From Planktotalea sp. (GTDB lineage: Bacteria; Pseudomonadota; Alphaproteobacteria; Rhodobacterales; Rhodobacteraceae), in NCBI RefSeq assembly GCF_050633725.1, contig NZ_JBOEHB010000002.1, positions 1 to 64,000 on the forward strand: a stretch of 64,000 nt of DNA. The letters run 5' to 3'. Under the pieces are notes generated by a model. The model saw only the letters and a list, made by a program, of their open reading frames with translations, was not told the DNA's origin and searched no databases. How positions within the stretch are numbered: position 1 is the first letter of the stretch; each line of letters opens with the position of its first letter. Both the position numbers and the translations under genes were made by a program. Below, one piece after another: positions 58,799 to 64,000 of this stretch.

Positions 58799-59631
58799 TA
58801 CGGACCTTCAAACTTACGATCGTGGCCAAGCGCCGCAATCTTCCCCCGTGCTTTTGCCACTTCATTGCGATCGATTTCAACTAAGACCGTGCCAACATCT
58901 GTGCCGCCATCCCCCAAAATCTCTCCCCACGGAGAAATTGCCAAAGAATGCCCAAAAGTTTTGCGTGGTTTGCCAACGCTCGCCTCATGAAGCCCCGTCT
59001 GCGCAGGCGCAAGAACATAGCACCCCGTCTCAATCGCGCGCGCGCGTAGCAAAGTTTCCCAATGCGCCGCCCCCGTGACATAGGAAAACGCCGCAGGTAC
59101 CGTCAAAATCTCCGCGCCAGCCTTGGCCAATGCGCGATAAAGATAGGCAAAGCGCACATCGTAGCAAATACTCAGCCCCAATGTTGCGAACGGCGTTTGT
59201 GCCACAACCGCCCTATTTCCCGGGCGATACCCATCAGATTCGCGATAGGTTTCTTCCTTGGTGACATCCACATCAAACATATGGATCTTGTCGTAGCGCG
59301 CGGTGACTAAGCCATCAGGACCGATCAAAACAGATCGGTTGGCGAAACGTCCGTCCGCATCCTCGGTCTTAAGCGCAAGCGAGCCGATTAGCAGATGAAT
59401 TCCAAGCTCTGCCGCCAAAGCCCTATAAGCTGCCAGCGAAATATCCGCCGCTTCATGCTGCAAAACGGCATTTTGATGAGAACGGCTAGAAGACAGGCAA
59501 TTGCTTACTTCTGGCGTAAGCACGAAACCAGCGCCGTCGTTTACGGCACCCCGTATCTGCGCCGAAATCCGCGCGAGGTTCTCGCGCGGATCATCGCTAG
59601 ACGTTGTTTGAATTAGCGCCGCTAACATCAA
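58798..59631 (-). CDS. Carbon-nitrogen hydrolase (nitrilase-superfamily amidohydrolase).
   Basis: The E-K-C triad context is present (ICYDVRF with the catalytic Cys). Confidence 0.8.
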   Translation of the reverse strand: MMLAALIQTTSSDDPRENLARISAQIRGAVNDGAGFVLTPEVSNCLSSSRSHQNAVLQHEAADISLAAYRALAAELGIHLLIGSLALKTEDADGRFANRSVLIGPDGLVTARYDKIHMFDVDVTKEETYRESDGYRPGNRAVVAQTPFATLGLSICYDVRFAYLYRALAKAGAEILTVPAAFSYVTGAAHWETLLRARAIETGCYVLAPAQTGLHEASVGKPRKTFGHSLAISPWGEILGDGGTDVGTVLVEIDRNEVAKARGKIAALGHDRKFEGP

Positions 59632-59885
59632 GCAGCCAGCATTGCATCTAACTTGCCCGCGCGCTCGAGCGCATGCAATTCATCACATCCGCCAACATGT
59701 TCGTCGCCGATAAATATCTGTGGAACCGTGCGCCCCCCATTCGCGCGCTGAATCATCTCAGCCTTGCGTGTCGGATGCACAAGAACATCCACTTCCGAAT
59801 AGTTTACGCCTTTGGATTTCAGCAAGCGTTTAGCTGCGTGGCAAAAGCCGCAAAGCGGCGAAGTGTAGATCTCTACTTGTTTCAT
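59628..59885 (-). CDS. grxC: Glutaredoxin 3.
   Basis: The CGFC active site, TVPQIF and GGCDEL motifs are present. Confidence 0.9.
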   Translation of the reverse strand: MKQVEIYTSPLCGFCHAAKRLLKSKGVNYSEVDVLVHPTRKAEMIQRANGGRTVPQIFIGDEHVGGCDELHALERAGKLDAMLAA

Positions 59886-59919
59886 GGGTTTTGGTCTTTC
59901 TTGTCAGATTAACCACAAG

Positions 59920-60663
59920 TTAATCATCCTTTGCCACGCGCGCTAGGGTAACAACGCAAACCTCACTCGCTTGTGCATTTATGCAAGCCTCTGTGCAGGC
60001 CGCGAGAGTTGCTCCTGAGGTCATTACATCATCAACCAGCAAAACAGATCGCCCCTCTATCCTCTGTTTGCGTTTGGGATTGGGGGAAATTGCGTCGGAA
60101 ACCTCGCGAAACCGCTCGTCTCGTGATTTTCCGTCCAATGAAGCCGTTGAACGAGTCCGCAATAGCAAATCAGCGCAATAGGATATGTTCAGCTCCCTTG
60201 CCATAGCCTGAGCGATCAGTCCCGATTGGTTGTAGCGTCGCTGGATCATGCGCGACCAATGCAGTGGCACAGGGGCAATCACCATGTTCTCCCGCAGAAT
60301 ATCCTGCGACGCGCGCGCCATCCAGCGCGCAACAGGGCGCACAATGTCGTGGCGATCCCCGTGTTTCAGTCCCAAAACCAGCGCCCGCGCGCGATCTTTA
60401 TACAAAAGCGCCGATCGCCCCTGCGACCATGGGCGCGCGACTCGCAGGCATTCGTCGCACCTGTCACCGCTCTGAACATCACCGCGCAAAGGAACGCCGC
60501 AAGCATCACAAACAGCGCCAGAAATGAACGCAGTATCGCGCCAACAAGGGCCACAAAGCCCGTCATCGCTTGCAACGCGCGCTCGGCAAGACAAACACTC
60601 TGGCGGAAAAACCGCATGGATGAGGGTTTGAAACCCAGCGCTGCGCGCAATAAGAGAGGGCAT
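59920..60663 (-). CDS. comF: ComF-family protein (double zinc ribbon plus phosphoribosyltransferase domain).
   Basis: Translation reads FPPECLSC...CGPC...CDACG...CDEC followed by the PRT motif VLLVDDVMTSGAT. I place the start at the ATG whose complement is 60661-60663, whereas the track's 374-aa version extends through the facing gene. Confidence 0.7.
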   Translation of the reverse strand: MPSLIARSAGFQTLIHAVFPPECLSCRARVASDDGLCGPCWRDTAFISGAVCDACGVPLRGDVQSGDRCDECLRVARPWSQGRSALLYKDRARALVLGLKHGDRHDIVRPVARWMARASQDILRENMVIAPVPLHWSRMIQRRYNQSGLIAQAMARELNISYCADLLLRTRSTASLDGKSRDERFREVSDAISPNPKRKQRIEGRSVLLVDDVMTSGATLAACTEACINAQASEVCVVTLARVAKDD

Positions 60664-61461
60664 ATGCAAACTCCACCACTCTTGACAGATCGCTCTGCAC
60701 TGATCCGCAACCGCGCCCGCGCCTGCGACAACTTCCTGCGCGATATTGCTCAGGAAGAGTGCCTTGATCGCCTGAGTCTGGTTAACAGGACGTTTACAAA
60801 CCCCTTGCTCATTGGACCCGCGCCAGCATTTCTTGAAAAGGCCAAGATGGTCGCGGATTCCGAAACTCTTGATGTTACCCAACAAGAGCATGATCTCGCG
60901 ATTCACTTCATGGCATTGCACTGGGCCAACGATCCGGTTGGCCAAATCATCCAAAGCACGCGCGCACTTCGTCCAGACGGGTTGTTCCAAGCGGTTTGTC
61001 TTGGCGGACAAACCTTGCACGAATTGCGCGCCTCCCTTGCCCAAGCCGAAAGCGAAATTACGGGCGGTCTTTCACCGCGCATCGCCCCTATGGGTGAAAT
61101 CCGCGACCTTGGCGCATTGCTCCAACGCGCGGGTCTTGCTCTCCCCGTCGCTGACAGCGTGACAATCAAAACCAGCTACACCAGTGCCTTTCACTTGATG
61201 CACGATCTTCGCAAGTTTGGCGAAACCAATGCACTCAATGCGCGCTTACGCCACCCGACGAAACGCTCTGTATTCGAGCGCTGTGCGGAAATTTATATGG
61301 AAAACTTTGCTGAAAACGGCAAAATCATCGCCACCTTCGAGTTTCTGTTTCTCTCAGGATGGGCACCGTCAGCAAGCCAACCCAAACCTTTGCGGCCCGG
61401 TTCTGCGACAACCCGCCTCGCTGAAGCACTAAAAACCCAAGAAACGCCTCTGCGCGATTGA
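60664..61461 (+). CDS. Class-I SAM-methyltransferase-like protein (BioC/NDUFAF5-like), with a degenerate motif I.
   Basis: Translation starts MQTPPLLTDRSALIRNRARA...DFL, which matches the family N-terminus. The expected LDLGCGTG motif is replaced by LLIGPAPAF. The start shares CATATG with the comF start. Confidence 0.65.
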   Translation: MQTPPLLTDRSALIRNRARACDNFLRDIAQEECLDRLSLVNRTFTNPLLIGPAPAFLEKAKMVADSETLDVTQQEHDLAIHFMALHWANDPVGQIIQSTRALRPDGLFQAVCLGGQTLHELRASLAQAESEITGGLSPRIAPMGEIRDLGALLQRAGLALPVADSVTIKTSYTSAFHLMHDLRKFGETNALNARLRHPTKRSVFERCAEIYMENFAENGKIIATFEFLFLSGWAPSASQPKPLRPGSATTRLAEALKTQETPLRD

Positions 61462-61518
61462 CCTATCTCAAATTCTGCATATCTCATCACAACGCCAATC
61501 CAAACAGAGCGAGCCAAC

Positions 61519-62583
61519 ATGCCAGATGCAACGATCCCCGCGATCTGCCCAGCCCATGCGCCAAGCGATCACCCGAAGATTCCAGCGCCAAAAGTCGGTG
61601 TTTTGCTCTCCAATCTAGGAACGCCAGATAACACCGATTACTGGTCCATGCGTCGCTATCTCAATGAATTCCTCTCGGATCGTCGCGTGATCGACTATTC
61701 ACCTTGGAAATGGCAACCGCTGCTACAGCTGATTATCCTGACCAAGCGTCCCTTCACCTCAGGCGCTGCTTATCGCACGATCTGGAACAACGAAGCGGAC
61801 GAAAGTCCACTGATGACCATCACCAAACAGCAAACAGCTGCGATCACCGAAAGCATGAAGGCCCGCTATGGCGACAATGTCATGGTTGACTTCTGCATGC
61901 GCTATGGCAACCCATCCACCAAGAGCAAAGTGCGTGCGATGATCGATGCGGGTTGCACCAAAATCCTGTTTGTCCCGCTCTACCCACAATATGCAGGCGC
62001 GACGTCAGCAACGGCGAATGATCAGTTCTTTCGAGTGCTGATGGAAGAGAAATGGCAACCCGCCAGCCGAACGATCGAGCCCTATTTCGAACACCCGCAA
62101 TATATCGAAGCGCTCGCGCAGTCCGTTGAGCGCGCCTATGAGGCGGCCGACAAAAAGCCAGATATTCTTGTATGTTCTTATCACGGTCTGCCACAGCGCT
62201 ACTTGCAAGAAGGCGATCCATATCACTGCCAGTGCCAAAAAACGACGCGCCTGCTGAAAGAACGTCTTGGATGGCCTGACACAGCTATAACCACAACCTT
62301 CCAATCTCAGTTCGGACCGGAAGAGTGGCTCAAGCCTTATACAGTCGACGAAGTGGCTCGTCTCGCAAGCGAAGATGGCAAGAAAAATATAGCTGTCATC
62401 GCGCCCGCTTTTTCAGCCGACTGCATCGAAACGCTTGAAGAGATCAATGAGGAAATCAAAGAGAGCTTTGAAGAAGCGGGTGGTGAGCACTTCACCTATA
62501 TCCCATGTCTCAACGATGATCCCGCACATATCTCAGCGCTTTCATCTGTGATCCAAGAGAACTTGAAAGGTTGGCTGGACTAA
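61519..62583 (+). CDS. hemH: Ferrochelatase.
   Basis: Translation reads VGVLLSNLGTPD... with the C-terminal HFTYIPCLNDDPAHI. Confidence 0.9.
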   Translation: MPDATIPAICPAHAPSDHPKIPAPKVGVLLSNLGTPDNTDYWSMRRYLNEFLSDRRVIDYSPWKWQPLLQLIILTKRPFTSGAAYRTIWNNEADESPLMTITKQQTAAITESMKARYGDNVMVDFCMRYGNPSTKSKVRAMIDAGCTKILFVPLYPQYAGATSATANDQFFRVLMEEKWQPASRTIEPYFEHPQYIEALAQSVERAYEAADKKPDILVCSYHGLPQRYLQEGDPYHCQCQKTTRLLKERLGWPDTAITTTFQSQFGPEEWLKPYTVDEVARLASEDGKKNIAVIAPAFSADCIETLEEINEEIKESFEEAGGEHFTYIPCLNDDPAHISALSSVIQENLKGWLD

Positions 62584-62700
62584 CCCCCCAGACCTTCCTC
62601 TTTCCAGAAATATCCCCGCCGGAGGCAATCCGCATGTCTTTTAAGACATGCCAAACCTGTGTGCGCATAGCGCACTCAATTAGGAAACGGTTCGCAAAAT

Positions 62701-62730
62701 AGAAAAAGGCGGCACCGAAGCACCGCCTTT
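62701..62730 (-). terminator. Rho-independent terminator for the small exported-protein gene.
   Basis: A stem AAAGGCGG...CCGCCTTT gives a hairpin followed by UUUUUCU on the minus-strand transcript. Confidence 0.5.
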
Positions 62731-62756
62731 CGAAACTTTAGCTTCTAAGCGTAAGC

Positions 62757-62942
62757 TTAGCTAGCTGCAGCTGCTGCAACTACTGCAAGAATGAGCAGTG
62801 GAACCAGGATGCCGGAAGAAGAAGAGCCAGCTGCTGCTTCTTCAACGATGATTGGAGCTTCCATTACTGGTGCAGCCATGTTGCCAGCGAAGGCAGTGGA
62901 AGCAGCAACAGACAGAGCAGCGGCAAGTGCGATTTTTTTCAT
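62757..62942 (-). CDS. Small Ala/Ser-rich exported or membrane-anchored protein (61 aa).
   Basis: The product has a signal peptide MKKIALAAALSVAASTAFA and a hydrophobic Ala-rich C-terminal stretch. GAGGAT lies 6 nt upstream, and the gene has its own terminator. Confidence 0.5.
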   Translation of the reverse strand: MKKIALAAALSVAASTAFAGNMAAPVMEAPIIVEEAAAGSSSSGILVPLLILAVVAAAAAS

Positions 62943-63089
62943 AGTACTATCCTCTAGAAATTTGCCTATTGCCCATTTTATAGACAACAAGCACCCAAGA
63001 CTTAAACCTCGTAACCCGTTCTAAACAGGTATTATCGCGGAATGCAAACCCATCTTTTCACGGTAAGACTCAAGATCGCCCCAATGTCG

Positions 63090-63701
63090 TCAAATAAGCA
63101 ACACTTGTGTGCCTACTTTGGCGAAGCTGAACAGCTCAGCGATATGCTCGTTGTAAAGGCCAATACACCCATTGGATGAGCGACGACCAATTTTGCGTGT
63201 ATCATGCGTGCCGTGAATGCGATAATATGTCCAACTCAGATACAATGCATGTGTTCCAAGTGGATTATCTGGCCCTGCAGGAACAAAGTCTGGCCACTCC
63301 GGATTGCGCTTTTTCATCGACGGAGTTGGGCGCCATGTAGGACCTTCAACTTTGCGAACAATTTTAGTGCGACCCTTTTTCGTCAGGTCAGGTGTTAAAG
63401 GAACGGACGACGGGTACAATTTGTAGGTCGCACCGTCTGCGGACCAATAGTGCAAAGCGCGACTCGAGATATCGACAAGAATCGCCCCGTTGTTCAAATT
63501 CGTGAAATATGGGCGCCAATCCAGCGTGCGAAAGCTGGAAATATTCCGGCGCACCGCTTGGCTGATGTCTTGTTCGATCTCAACAGTGCCCGTGCTCGGT
63601 TGCCCTGCTTGCTGCGCAATTGCAGGTGCCGCGAGCAAAGATGCGCCCGCCGCACCGATAAAACTACGTCGATCCAGCACACTCTTTTGGTTGCCACTCA
63701 T
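63090..63701 (-). CDS. L,D-transpeptidase (YkuD domain) with a Tat signal.
   Basis: A twin-arginine motif (LDRRSFIGAAG) precedes the catalytic HGT...SNGCIGL. I place the start at 63701, whereas the track start is 66 nt longer. Confidence 0.8.
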   Translation of the reverse strand: MSGNQKSVLDRRSFIGAAGASLLAAPAIAQQAGQPSTGTVEIEQDISQAVRRNISSFRTLDWRPYFTNLNNGAILVDISSRALHYWSADGATYKLYPSSVPLTPDLTKKGRTKIVRKVEGPTWRPTPSMKKRNPEWPDFVPAGPDNPLGTHALYLSWTYYRIHGTHDTRKIGRRSSNGCIGLYNEHIAELFSFAKVGTQVLLI

Positions 63702-63866
63702 CTTACTCTCCAATTTAGACCTACGTCTTTTCGGGCTTACGTTAGTGCGCGAAAGCCTCACTCGCAATTCAAACGCACGTGTTTGTGCGATTCAAAACCG
63801 ATTGTGGGTTTGAATCGCAACGCATTGAAGAGTAGTCCTAAGCAAATTCAGTTGGGGTACTATACT

Positions 63867-64000
63867 ATGAAGCGCATCGGTTTTCTTCTTGTTTCGGCAA
63901 CACTCGCCCTATCTGCCTGTGGCGGATCGCAACAAACAACCATTGCGCCTGACGGAAAACCATTACCCAAAGTCTACCGTATCGGTTCTGGCGATTCATC
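63867..64000 (+). CDS. Partial N-terminus of a lipoprotein with a Wza-like polysaccharide-export signature.
   Basis: Translation reads MKRIGFLLVSATLALSACGG (lipobox LSAC), then PKVYRIGSGDS, which resembles the YRxGPGD Poly_export motif. The ORF is truncated by the window edge. Confidence 0.45.
   Translation, partial: MKRIGFLLVSATLALSACGGSQQTTIAPDGKPLPKVYRIGSGDS

Noticed and set aside
1-64000. CRISPR arrays, IS elements / transposases, integrases, phage genes, rRNA
   Set aside because: The window has no spaced direct-repeat arrays, no terminal inverted repeats flanking a transposase-like ORF, and no recombinase or phage-like proteins. The only composition anomaly is the glycan operon, which lacks mobility genes inside the window.

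Overview
This is a chromosomal window from a GC-rich alphaproteobacterium that looks Rhodobacterales-like in gene content and synteny. It contains no mobile elements, no CRISPR arrays, no rRNA and no evident pseudogenes; most of it is housekeeping. It has three parts:

- **Left third.** ClpB (partial, behind a sigma32-type promoter), PyrF, an SPFH/NfeD pair, DinB, and tRNA-Val(GAC) immediately followed by the short rpmJ gene, which the ORF track misses. Then comes a roughly 9.5 kb minus-strand block: a HAAT-family ABC importer flanked by two acyl/aryl-CoA ligases.
- **Middle.** A hybrid histidine kinase / OmpR-type regulator pair sits upstream of a standalone formylglycine-generating-enzyme (FGE) homologue. 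Central-metabolism genes follow (thiolase, 2-hydroxyacid dehydrogenase, Zn-ADH) and a LysR-TauE-thioesterase unit.
- **Main finding: glycan-sulfation operon.** This is the most interesting part of the window: a visibly more AT-rich, tightly packed leftward operon at about 26.1-35.4 kb. It encodes a tandem-domain sulfotransferase, a GT14-like two-domain protein, three further glycosyltransferases, GalU, KdsB (CMP-Kdo synthetase) and the PAP phosphatase CysQ. A lone KpsM-like ABC-2 permease is transcribed divergently from the shared AT-rich promoter region, with no kpsT/E/D partners. The operon looks like a horizontally acquired locus for a Kdo-containing, sulfated surface glycan.
- **Right third.** Contents are:
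  - alkB, then dnaK-dnaJ behind a sigma32 promoter with an internal GC hairpin;
  - radC, a PstS-OmpA fusion and an unknown membrane protein whose RBS sits in an anti-SD hairpin;
  - secA, a PPIase, argJ-mutT and a 44-aa ORF with a strong RBS and a bidirectional terminator;
  - the infB / YlxR-L7Ae / nusA / rimP operon, preceded by a leader terminator only about 27 nt upstream of rimP;
  - pip, ubiG, then marR / C-N hydrolase / grxC / comF, with comF and a methyltransferase-like gene starting back-to-back on a shared CATATG;
  - hemH, a small Ala/Ser-rich exported protein, a Tat-signal L,D-transpeptidase and a partial Wza-like lipoprotein.

Several long ORFs in the track are antisense shadows of real genes and were rejected. 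Hand-counted coordinates may be off by 1-2 nt.
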